DNA of 25,342 bases from Polyangiaceae bacterium (lineage in GTDB: Bacteria; Myxococcota_A; Polyangia; Polyangiales; Polyangiaceae), in NCBI GenBank assembly GCA_033763455.1, contig JANRKO010000078.1, forward strand, positions 1 through 25,342. The letters run 5' to 3'. This document shows, piece after piece, positions 1 to 8,242 of this stretch. The notes under the pieces are model-generated. The model ran no database searches, was not told the DNA's origin, and was given only the letters and a program-made list of their open reading frames with translations. The stretch's first letter is position 1, and every line of letters starts with the position of its first letter. A program made the position numbers and the translations under genes.

Positions 1-138
1 CACCATTTGGCCAAGACCTGCGCGATGTTTCCTCCGAACGCAATTCCAATAAACACAAACCGAAGAGCCGGATGCGGGAAATTCGCAAGTCCGGTTCTGT
101 AAGGAGCACCGGGTGGCAACACCCGGTGTTTACTTGAT
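1..138 (+). mobile_element. 3' end of a group II intron (end of domain IV, domain V, domain VI, 3' splice site ...GAT), truncated by the window edge
   Basis: 65-97 GAGCCGGATGCGGGAAATTCGCAAGTCCGGTTC matches the domain V consensus, with AGC triad at 66-68, a 9-bp lower stem, a 2-nt bulge at 87-88 and a GAAA-containing loop. 100-136 folds into a domain VI hairpin with a GCAA tetraloop (116-119) and a single bulged A132, 7 nt from a terminal AT (137-138). Confidence 0.92.
2..52 (+). CDS. Possible C-terminal tail of the intron-encoded reverse transcriptase/maturase (…TIWPRPARCFLRTQFQ*), partial
   Basis: This frame is open from the window edge to TAA at 50-52, 12 nt before domain V, where IEP ORFs usually end. 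Only 16 codons are visible, so identity is inferred from position. Confidence 0.4.
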   Translation, partial: TIWPRPARCFLRTQFQ

Positions 139-157
139 GAACTTTGGGGTCCCCAGC

Positions 158-1687
158 ATGAAAATCCAGCTCAAGAACCTTGTAGCCTTTGTCACTCTCA
201 TTTTCGCCGCTGTCGCCGCAGACGGCTGCGGGAAGAACTTCGACAACTGCGCGGAAACGTATACGTGCCCCCCTAAGGCGGCCACGGGCAGGACGAATCC
301 GACTGGAGCGGGAGGGTCAGCGGGCACTGCAGGCTTAGCTTCCCTACCCACAGGGGGCACAAGTTCGAAGCCATCGGTGGGGGGCTCAGCGGGCACCGAG
401 GCAGTCGACGTTGGAGGCCCAGGCGGCACAACGGGGATGGCGGGAGCACCGGCGGTCGCGCCCATTGGAATTCTCGGTGAAGCGTGCGCGCCAAACGGCG
501 CGTATGCATGCGCGGGTGTCGCCCAGAAGGGAAAGCTGATCTGTCAGGGCGGCCATTGGGCCTCCAATGGCACCTGCGACGGCCCGAGCAACTGCGATAC
601 TTCGGCGATCAATCTCGGTTCGTGCCAAGCAATTGTTCCAGAATGTGCTGGAAAGGCCCCCGGGGCGCTCAGCTGCCAAACCAACAACGTGATCCAATGC
701 GGCACCGATCTTGTTTCCTCTACGTCCGTAAAGACATGTGCTTCGCCGACTCCACTCTGCAGCGCGGGAGCATGCGTCACCCCGAGCTGCGACGGACTGC
801 CGAACAACTGCGGACCCATGGGAAATGAGAGCTGCTGCGAAAGCCCGCTGGTTGAGGGCGGTACATTCAACCGTGGCAACGCCACGGATGGCACAGCTAC
901 CGTGAGTGCCTTCCGCCTGGACAAGTACGAGATCACTGTCGGGCGATTTCGCAAGTTTGTTGACGCTTGGATCGCGGGTTGGCGTCCCGCGGCGGGAGCA
1001 GGCAAGCACGCGCACCTGAATAACGGCAGCGGCCTGGTTCAGCTCACTGGAACACTCGGGTCGAGCGCTACGCCCGCCACGGCCGGCGCGTTTGAACCGG
1101 GGTGGGACGCAGCTTGGGCAGCCAATATCGCGGGCACTCAGAGCGGTTGGAATGCGAACCTCTCCTGTGATGCGACCCACCAAACTTGGTCGATCACCCC
1201 CTCGCTCGAAACACTGCCGATTAACTGCGCGAGCTGGTATGAACTTGAAGCGTTTTGCATTTGGGATGGAGGGTTCATTCCGACCGAAGCTGAGTGGAGC
1301 TTCGCAGCTGTGGGCGGGAACTCTCAACGCGCTTACCCATGGGGCGCAGACGCGCCTGATGCGAGCCACGCCATTTATAACTGTAACTATAGTGGGCGTG
1401 TTTCTTGCGACCTTGCGCCGGTGGGTTCAGCCTCTTTGGGAAATGGAAAGTATGGACAGGCTGATCTTGCGGGGAATCTTAGGGAGTGGACATGGGACTT
1501 CCGCCAGGCGTTTATGTACACGGAGTGCTCATGCAGTGACTTCGTCGAGCGCAGGACTGCTTCAGCTGGCGTCCTTGCGCTAGGCGGAGACTATAACGAC
1601 ACACAGGTGCCGTATTCGGACCACTTCGGCTACGTTGAGTCCAGCCGAAACAGCTATGTGGGTGCCCGTTGCGCCCGAATTCCCTAG
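158..1687 (+). CDS. Secreted/lipoprotein-like Cys-rich protein with C-terminal SUMF1/FGE-sulfatase (C-type lectin fold) domain
   Basis: MKIQLKNLVAFVTLIFAAVAADGC signal-like N-terminus, Gly/Thr/Ala linker and Cys-rich repeats. FGE motifs follow: VEGGTFNRG, FRLDKYEITVGRF, PINCASW, PTEAEW, YPWG, DLAGNLREW, GARCAR. Start moved to ATG158 because the ORF-track start (113) lies inside intron domain VI. Confidence 0.88.
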   Translation: MKIQLKNLVAFVTLIFAAVAADGCGKNFDNCAETYTCPPKAATGRTNPTGAGGSAGTAGLASLPTGGTSSKPSVGGSAGTEAVDVGGPGGTTGMAGAPAVAPIGILGEACAPNGAYACAGVAQKGKLICQGGHWASNGTCDGPSNCDTSAINLGSCQAIVPECAGKAPGALSCQTNNVIQCGTDLVSSTSVKTCASPTPLCSAGACVTPSCDGLPNNCGPMGNESCCESPLVEGGTFNRGNATDGTATVSAFRLDKYEITVGRFRKFVDAWIAGWRPAAGAGKHAHLNNGSGLVQLTGTLGSSATPATAGAFEPGWDAAWAANIAGTQSGWNANLSCDATHQTWSITPSLETLPINCASWYELEAFCIWDGGFIPTEAEWSFAAVGGNSQRAYPWGADAPDASHAIYNCNYSGRVSCDLAPVGSASLGNGKYGQADLAGNLREWTWDFRQAFMYTECSCSDFVERRTASAGVLALGGDYNDTQVPYSDHFGYVESSRNSYVGARCARIP

Positions 1688-1726
1688 TCCGTCACATGGG
1701 GGCGAAGGTCACACGACGAAGAAGCG

Positions 1727-3268
1727 CTAAGAGCGAAAGCTTCCCTGACGGCGCCGCCCCGCGAACGCTGCTAGCCATACTGAGGCCATACCGAAGGTCA
1801 ACATCGAGTTCCCGGATGGATCGGTACCAGCCAGACTACAGCCTGATGAGTTCCTGGTAGTGCCCGGAGTATTGGCGGCCGGCACACTCCCCGCGCCACC
1901 ACTGGTCGACGGCTTGGCACCGCCGCTGCCCGAGGAAGCGCCCCCTGCCGCGGCGGGCCTGCCACCAGCGCTTGGAGGAAACGGATTGGGATTCGAAGCT
2001 CCACCCGAATTGCTTGCTCCACCTAAACCTGAACTCGCACCACCGGTCGCAGTGGCACCACCCGTTCCGCTGGAAGCACCGCCGGTGCTTCCAACTGGCG
2101 GAACATACGGAGTGTAAGGCATGAGCTCAGCGCCAGCTGGCAACGGGGAATCACCCACTTTGAAAGGCGCCGCGTGATACACGATCACCTCGTTTCCCCC
2201 GACGCTCGAATGAGCAGCCGCAATGACGATCGCACTCGAGGTCAGTGTGAATGGCCCCGCATATTGCGTGCCCACATGAGTGACAGGGTTGGGAATCGTC
2301 CCGTTGGTGGTGTAGTAGACCGAGTCGGATTGAGGAGTGGTGGTCAAGGTCACCGTCACACTCGGACCGGCCAGCTCCCCGCCCTCTGGAGAAAATGTGA
2401 GCGGTGAAGCCGACGTTGCCGGTACCCCGCGACGTTGCGCAAACATCCACGGTACAAATCCCTCATCAGAGGCAAGGTACATTCCAGTTCCGTGCCCACC
2501 CGCTACGGCCTCGGTGTAGTAGGGGCGTCCACCGGCCTTCGCGAGGGTCTCGAACATGAGCCTATCGCTCGCAACAGGAACCCCCGTGTCGCCGGCCGCA
2601 TGGAAAGACCACACCGCCATGTTCTTCATACTAGACGCCGCCTGGGGAGAACCTCCACCGTCGGCCGGAACGCCTGCCGCAAAGAAATTAGGAGTGCGCG
2701 CAATCATGTCCCATGCGCCAAAGCCACCCATTGAAACGCCCGTTACGTAGATTCGGTCGGGATCGATGTTCGGGTACTGCGCCTGGAGGGACTGGATCAT
2801 TGCGCGAGTAGTCTGAAGCGTTTTGGACTCCCCCAACGTCGTGATGTCATAAGAATCAACGTTCGCCCAATCCCACAGCACGAAGGACGCGGAGTTCGGG
2901 TTCTCGCTGAGCGTGTTGTCACAATTGGGTGCCCTGGGCGCCATTACGTACGCCGGGTAAGCGGTGCGATTATCCATGACCTCCTGCAACTGACACGTGT
3001 AGCCGTCGTCAACTTGCCATTTGAAGTTAGCATCTTGCCCCTGCGCACAACCCACGGACGCGCCCGCCCCATGCAGGAAGATCACCAAGGGGTACTTGGT
3101 GTTCGGATCATTGGTTGGTGGCTCCCAATATGCGCAAAACATGCCATCTCGAGTGCACTCTTTGGTGCTGGCATCTGAAAGGGAACGACTCCCATCACAC
3201 GCAGCTTGCGCAGCGCCAGCGGCACCAACAGAAGCCAAAACCAACAGGCTGGTAAGTAGCAAACGCAT
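1727..3268 (-). CDS. Secreted alpha/beta-hydrolase (predicted esterase/peptidase) with chitobiase-C/Fn3-associated-like domain and MYXO-CTERM-like anchor, paralog 2
   Basis: GGAG RBS before ATG3268 and a signal peptide (MRLLLTSLLVLASVGAAGAAQA). Hydrolase motifs: YPLVIFLHGAG, DPDRIYVTGVSMGG nucleophile elbow, candidate Asp (HAAGD) and His (GGHG). Accessory domain FSPEGG...YYTTNGTIP...YAGPFTL, then a Gly/Ser linker and an SSGCS + hydrophobic + RRR tail. Confidence 0.85.
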   Translation of the reverse strand: MRLLLTSLLVLASVGAAGAAQAACDGSRSLSDASTKECTRDGMFCAYWEPPTNDPNTKYPLVIFLHGAGASVGCAQGQDANFKWQVDDGYTCQLQEVMDNRTAYPAYVMAPRAPNCDNTLSENPNSASFVLWDWANVDSYDITTLGESKTLQTTRAMIQSLQAQYPNIDPDRIYVTGVSMGGFGAWDMIARTPNFFAAGVPADGGGSPQAASSMKNMAVWSFHAAGDTGVPVASDRLMFETLAKAGGRPYYTEAVAGGHGTGMYLASDEGFVPWMFAQRRGVPATSASPLTFSPEGGELAGPSVTVTLTTTPQSDSVYYTTNGTIPNPVTHVGTQYAGPFTLTSSAIVIAAAHSSVGGNEVIVYHAAPFKVGDSPLPAGAELMPYTPYVPPVGSTGGASSGTGGATATGGASSGLGGASNSGGASNPNPFPPSAGGRPAAAGGASSGSGGAKPSTSGGAGSVPAANTPGTTRNSSGCSLAGTDPSGNSMLTFGMASVWLAAFAGRRRQGSFRS

Positions 3269-3463
3269 CTGAGACTCCGTAGGAATAGGAAGCAGGAGAT
3301 TGAAACCAACGCACGCGAGTTCGAAGGCTCCGGTGACAGTGCTCGGTACCCTACGGGCGCGAACGCTCGCTGTCCCGAAGTTTGTTCGGATACGCGGCTT
3401 CACTCGGGAAAACGAGATTGCTCTGCGCAAGGGCACTCTCGTGGTCAATGCGGTAAGACGTTG

Positions 3464-4930
3464 CTAGGAGCGCGAGCTGCGGTTACGGCGCCGTGAAGCA
3501 AACGCCGCTACAGCAACCGAGGCCAAGCCGAAGCTCAACAGCGAGTTCCCTGACTGATTGGTACTAGCCAGGCTGCATCCTGACGACTTGGTAGTACCCG
3601 CAGGCCTGACGACCGCCGGGATGCTCGCTGCGCCACCACTGGTTGACGGCTTGGTGCCGCCGCTTCCCGAGGAAGCAGGAGCACCACCTGTTGCGGCGCG
3701 AGCGCCGCCAGCGGCAGGAGGAAACGGATTCGCCACTCCGCCTGAGTTGCTGCTCGCACCGCCAGCTCCGCTCGAAGCGCCACCAGGCGGTACATACGGA
3801 GTGTACGGCATGAGCTCAGCACCGGCCGGCAAAGGCGAATCACCCACCTTAAAGGGTGCAGCGTGGAATACGTTCATATCCGTCCCCTCAACATTATGGT
3901 GGGCTGCGGCGATAACGACAGCGCTCGCGCTCAGCGTGAAAGGAGCTGTGTACTTGGTGCCCACGTGGGTGATCGCGTTAGGGATACTCCCATCGGTGGT
4001 GTAGTAGATCGAATCCGACTGTGGCGTAGCGCTCAGGCTAACGGTGACGGTGGGGCCATCCAACTGCCCGCCCTCCGGAGAGAATACCAACCACGGTGCA
4101 GGTGTGGAGGGAACTCCCCGGCGCTGTGCAAACATCCACGGCACGAAACCCATTGAGGCCGAGAGACCCATTCCTAGGCCATGGCTACTGCTAACGGCCT
4201 CGGTATAGTAAGGCCGCCCGCCGGCTCTGGCTACTGCCGCAAACGTTTCTTGGTCCCCAATTGCCGACACCTGGTCTTGATCGTCGTGCTCAGCCCAGAT
4301 GGCCATGTTTTTAAGGCTGGGTGCAGCCTGTGGGGAGCCCCCGCCCTCAGCGGGAACACCAGCTGCGAAGAGATCGGGTGTCCTTGAAATAAGGTCCCAG
4401 GTGCCGTAGCCACCCATCGACACTCCGACCACATAGATACGATCGGGATCGATATTGGCGTACTGCGTCTGCAGGGCCTGCATCATGGCACGCGCTGTGA
4501 TTAATGTCTGAGACTCGGCAAGCGTGGTGATATTGTAGGTTGCATCTGAGGTACCCCAATCCCAGTGGACAAACGCTCCACCTTGAAGGCCGGTGTCGTA
4601 GTTCGGAGCCCGCGGGGCCATGATGTACGCAGGGTACGTCGTGCGGTTTTCGATTAACTCCTGCAACTGACACGTCCAACCGTCGTCTACTTGTTGCGTG
4701 TTGTTGTTCGTCCCAGACGCACCAGCCCCGTGCAAGAAAATAACCAGTGGATACTTCGTGTTCGGATCGTTCGTCGCCGGTTCCCAATACCCACACTTCA
4801 TGCCATCTCGACTACAATCCTTGTAGTTCGCGTCGGACAACTTTGGGACACCCCCTTCACACACCGCCTGCGCGGCTCCCGTCGCAACAACTACAGCCAA
4901 CCCAAACAAGCTCGTGAACAAAAGACGCAT
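3464..4930 (-). CDS. Secreted alpha/beta-hydrolase (predicted esterase/peptidase) with chitobiase-C/Fn3-associated-like domain and MYXO-CTERM-like anchor, paralog 1
   Basis: AAGGAG RBS before ATG4930. Same architecture and motifs as the neighbour: YPLVIFLHGAG, GVSMGG, YYTTDGSIP, SSGCS...RRRNR. Confidence 0.85.
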   Translation of the reverse strand: MRLLFTSLFGLAVVVATGAAQAVCEGGVPKLSDANYKDCSRDGMKCGYWEPATNDPNTKYPLVIFLHGAGASGTNNNTQQVDDGWTCQLQELIENRTTYPAYIMAPRAPNYDTGLQGGAFVHWDWGTSDATYNITTLAESQTLITARAMMQALQTQYANIDPDRIYVVGVSMGGYGTWDLISRTPDLFAAGVPAEGGGSPQAAPSLKNMAIWAEHDDQDQVSAIGDQETFAAVARAGGRPYYTEAVSSSHGLGMGLSASMGFVPWMFAQRRGVPSTPAPWLVFSPEGGQLDGPTVTVSLSATPQSDSIYYTTDGSIPNAITHVGTKYTAPFTLSASAVVIAAAHHNVEGTDMNVFHAAPFKVGDSPLPAGAELMPYTPYVPPGGASSGAGGASSNSGGVANPFPPAAGGARAATGGAPASSGSGGTKPSTSGGAASIPAVVRPAGTTKSSGCSLASTNQSGNSLLSFGLASVAVAAFASRRRNRSSRS

Positions 4931-5179
4931 AAGAGACTCCTTGAAACCTTGGACAGAAGGACAGAGAGGTACGGTCGCGGGCAGGTGGTGTAGCGCTTTG
5001 GGCGCCAGCCGCTGTGGCACTCTACGACGAAGTGGCGCAAAAGTCCCTCAAAATAGGGCTTACTCGCGATTCCTCTAGGCCCCAACTCTGCCGGCCGCTG
5101 CGGGAACACTACCAGCCCGTCCCTTTCGCGGCCCGCGCGTCCCCGCTGAGGTCACAAAGGAACCTGGTACACAGGCGTA

Positions 5180-5701
5180 CTACGCCGCCGCCAAAATCTC
5201 CGTCTCGGCAAGCTTCCCTGCCAGGAGCTTCCGCCCGCGATGCAGCCTGCTCATCACCGTGCCCACAGGTATCTCGAGAACCTCCGCGGCCTCCTGATAG
5301 GAAAATTCGTCGAGATCGACAAGGCGAACGACATGTTCGAAGGAAGAAGGCAACTCCTTCATCGCGCCTTCCACGCGAATTGGCAGATGCTCTAGCACGG
5401 GCGCCGAGAAGGATGTGGGAGCGAGATTGGGATCGTTTGCGAAGGAGCAAAGGGCGCGCCTTTCGCGCCCCCGGCGACGCACCTGAGTGATAAAAACCGA
5501 AAACAAGATCTGGCAGAGCCAAGCGCGGAGATTCGTGCCGGCGCTGAATGAATTCTGAAACCTGAGAGCGCGCACTACCGTATCTTGCACTAGGTCTTCG
5601 GCCTCTTGGGGGCGGCGCGTAAGATGCAATGCACGCCGCCTTAACGCGGGCAGCTGGGCTTGGATCGATTTCCCGAAAGGACACTCGGCAGACGTTTTCA
5701 T
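5180..5701 (-). CDS. ECF-family RNA polymerase sigma-70 factor (SigH/SigR-like)
   Basis: Region 2 motif AEDLVQDT...F..GTNLRAWL..I and region 4 motif FSYQEAAEVLEIPVGTVMSRLHRGRKLL. ATG5701 has GAGGT 5 nt upstream; an alternative GTG start is at 5746. Confidence 0.9.
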   Translation of the reverse strand: MKTSAECPFGKSIQAQLPALRRRALHLTRRPQEAEDLVQDTVVRALRFQNSFSAGTNLRAWLCQILFSVFITQVRRRGRERRALCSFANDPNLAPTSFSAPVLEHLPIRVEGAMKELPSSFEHVVRLVDLDEFSYQEAAEVLEIPVGTVMSRLHRGRKLLAGKLAETEILAAA

Positions 5702-5819
5702 GGGGGACCTCGGGCACTCCTTTCGCAAGGTGCGTGCCAAGGTCACTCAGGCGCGCTTCCTCGAAGAAATAGCTGGATCCGCCGCAGATTGCCGTGCCCG
5801 AACGGACACAGCTCGCGTG

Positions 5820-7382
5820 TCAAAGTGGCAGGCTTAAACTGGGCCCTGCCAGCGCGGCAAGCACCTCGGGCACACCGTCGGCGATTTCACGAGCCAAAAG
5901 CCCGCGATCTGCGCCCGTTATGTCGCTGAAATTTTGGCCACTCTGGCCGTGCAGAAACGCAGCACAAGCCGCTGCTTCAAAAGGCGATAGGCGTAGACAA
6001 AGCGCGCCCACAATGCCTGACAGAACGTCGCCAGAACCACCAGTGGCGAGTGCGGGAGAACCCACGCGATTGACGAACGGCACTTCGCCTGGAGCACCAA
6101 TCAATGTACGTGGCCCCTTGAGCAGCACCGCTTGCCCGGTGAGACGCACGGCGCGTTCGAGCACAGAGAATCTGTTAGCCTCAACATCCTGGGCGCTAAT
6201 ACCCAGCAAACGCCCCATCTCACCAGGATGCGGCGTAAGCACTAGGCGGGCCTTGGAGGCCGCAAGATCGGCAGCACGCCCGGCAAAATGCGTGAGCGCG
6301 TCCGCATCCACCACCACTTTGCCTGAAAATTCCGCAAGGATCGCGGCAACCACTCGGCGCTCCCTCTCACCCAAGCCAAAGCCCGGCCCCACCACGACCA
6401 CATCCATACCGCGCAACGCTTCGCGCACGCTGCCTTCGATATCCGCACCCTCTAGGGTTGCCGTCATCTCTTCTGTTACGCGCTCCGCAAACACACTCGT
6501 GGTGTCGGCGAAACCTACCAGCGTGACCAAAGCTGCGCCGGCCCGCAGGGCTCCACGCGCACAGAGGAAGGCTGCGCCCACTTTTCCGGGAGAGCCAGCA
6601 ACTACAGCAACACGCCCCACGCTCCCTTTGTGAGCCGAGACGGCACGGGCGACGAGCAACTTGGATACATCGGCGGTTTCAAGGATCCGCCCCGAAATAC
6701 CTGAACCTAGGGACGGACCTGGAACCCCAATCGGCACAATGTGGATCTGCCCCGTGTGGTCGGCTCCCACTGTGGTCAGCATTCCAAGCTTCGGCGCTGC
6801 GAATGTGACCGTGTGGTGGGCAACCAGTGCAGCGCCCAGGGGCTGCCCGCTATCTGCGTGAATTCCCGAGGGAATGTCGAGCGCCACACGCACGGCATTG
6901 GCGGCATTAAGAAGCCCGAGAAGCTGCGGCCATGGCGGTAGAAGCTCGCGATCTAGGCCGATTCCGAACAAGGCATCCACGATCACACCTGCCGAGGAAA
7001 GCTGCCCAAGGAGCGCCCCTTCGGCCGCCTCAGGGGTCACCAGGGCAACATCACCACCGATGGCAACCAATGCCTCGAATTCAGCCCGCGTTTCCGCGGA
7101 GAACTTGGATGCGGCCCCAACTACTAACACTTTCGGTGTTAACCCACGCACTAACAGCTGGCGAGCGAGCACTAAGCCGTCCCCACCGTTGTTCCCAGTG
7201 CCACACACAATCAGTGGCGCAAGGCCACCGCCTGGGGCTGCACCAGCCCGTGCAAGCTTCTCCACAAGCTCCGCAGCTCCGCGCCCCGCATTCTCCATCA
7301 ACACCAAGCCGGAGACGTGGCAACGCGCGCTCGCGTCCGCATCGAAGGCACGCATCTGATCTTTGCTGAGTACCGGAATCAT
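5820..7382 (-). CDS. nnr: Bifunctional NAD(P)H-hydrate epimerase/dehydratase (YjeF/Nnr)
   Basis: Epimerase motifs LMENAG, CGTGNNGGDG, DALFGIG, DIPSG. Dehydratase motifs HKG..G, GPG.G, VVDADAL, TPHPGE, LKGPRTLI, LATGGSGDVLSG. Confidence 0.96.
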   Translation of the reverse strand: MIPVLSKDQMRAFDADASARCHVSGLVLMENAGRGAAELVEKLARAGAAPGGGLAPLIVCGTGNNGGDGLVLARQLLVRGLTPKVLVVGAASKFSAETRAEFEALVAIGGDVALVTPEAAEGALLGQLSSAGVIVDALFGIGLDRELLPPWPQLLGLLNAANAVRVALDIPSGIHADSGQPLGAALVAHHTVTFAAPKLGMLTTVGADHTGQIHIVPIGVPGPSLGSGISGRILETADVSKLLVARAVSAHKGSVGRVAVVAGSPGKVGAAFLCARGALRAGAALVTLVGFADTTSVFAERVTEEMTATLEGADIEGSVREALRGMDVVVVGPGFGLGERERRVVAAILAEFSGKVVVDADALTHFAGRAADLAASKARLVLTPHPGEMGRLLGISAQDVEANRFSVLERAVRLTGQAVLLKGPRTLIGAPGEVPFVNRVGSPALATGGSGDVLSGIVGALCLRLSPFEAAACAAFLHGQSGQNFSDITGADRGLLAREIADGVPEVLAALAGPSLSLPL

Positions 7383-7463
7383 GCCCAGCGCCTAGACCTT
7401 GGGGCCGCTTCGTGGTCGCGTTTCCGCAACCGCCTACCGCTCCGGGTTAACCCGGGTGGCAGC

Positions 7464-8216
7464 TCACGCACCGCTGCCGCGCTCCGAACGCTTCCGAACC
7501 CCGCGTTCGATGGCAGCACGAAAGCCCTTCACCGCCGCATCAATACCCACAAATAGTGCATCTGAGATAACAGCGTGCCCAATGTTGAGCTCTTCCACCT
7601 CAGGAATTTCGGCAATAGCGCGGACATTGTGCCGTGTGAGGCCGTGGCCCGCGGCCACTTCAAGACCGAGCGAACTTGCTTGATGTGCACCAGCCCGAAG
7701 TGTTTGAAGGATTTCGTGCGCTCGGCTTTCCTTGGCCAAACAATAATCCCCAGTATGGAATTCTACCTGGTTGGCACCCAGCTCTCGTGAAAGAGCTATC
7801 TGCTCTTTCTGGGCCTCAATAAAGAGGCTGAGCTTGACCTGATTGCTCTGGCAAACACGCGCGGCGCGTTCGATACGTTCGCGCCCCGCCACCACGTCGA
7901 GCCCACCTTCGGTAGTCCGCTCTTCGCGCTTCTCCGGTACCAAAGTGACCACATCTGGGCGGACACGCTCGATAATATGGAGCATCTCCTCGGTAGGGGC
8001 GCACTCCAGGTTCAGCACCGTGCCGAGTTGGGCCCGCATCCGCTCAAGATCTCGATCTTGGATGTGTCGGCGATCTTCCCGCAAATGCACAGTGATGCCG
8101 TCGGCTCCCGCCAACTCGCAAAGCTCTGCGATGAGCACGGGATCCGGATATTGCGACCCTCGCGCGTTCCTCAGCGTAGCGACGTGGTCCACATTGATGT
8201 GAAGCCTGATAGGCAT
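7464..8216 (-). CDS. pdxJ: Pyridoxine 5'-phosphate synthase
   Basis: NVDHVATLRNAR, GADGITVHLREDRRHI, TLVPEKREERTTEGGLDV, AAGHGL, ELNIGHA. Confidence 0.98.
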   Translation of the reverse strand: MPIRLHINVDHVATLRNARGSQYPDPVLIAELCELAGADGITVHLREDRRHIQDRDLERMRAQLGTVLNLECAPTEEMLHIIERVRPDVVTLVPEKREERTTEGGLDVVAGRERIERAARVCQSNQVKLSLFIEAQKEQIALSRELGANQVEFHTGDYCLAKESRAHEILQTLRAGAHQASSLGLEVAAGHGLTRHNVRAIAEIPEVEELNIGHAVISDALFVGIDAAVKGFRAAIERGVRKRSERGSGA

Positions 8217-8242
8217 AGGATCTTCTCTCTGGTTAGCTAGAG

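Noticed and set aside
98..138. Rho-independent terminator reading of the GCAA hairpin followed by TTT
   Set aside because: Better explained as intron domain VI, given the adjacent domain V and the bulged A.
113..157. ORF-track N-terminal extension of the FGE gene (GTG113)
   Set aside because: The start falls within intron domain VI, and the signal-like peptide begins at ATG158.
1..1687. Complete diversity-generating retroelement (RT plus FGE-fold target)
   Set aside because: No template/variable repeat pair or accessory gene is visible, and the upstream RNA has group II intron domains V/VI, which DGRs lack.
1860..2117. Gly/Ser/Thr-rich low-complexity stretches as DNA repeat elements (also 300-450, 3600-3790)
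   Set aside because: They are ordinary flexible linkers of myxobacterial secreted proteins.
3269..3463. Riboswitch or ncRNA between the esterase paralogs (likewise 4931-5179)
   Set aside because: Only short hairpins are present and I recognise no aptamer consensus. An Rfam scan would be needed.
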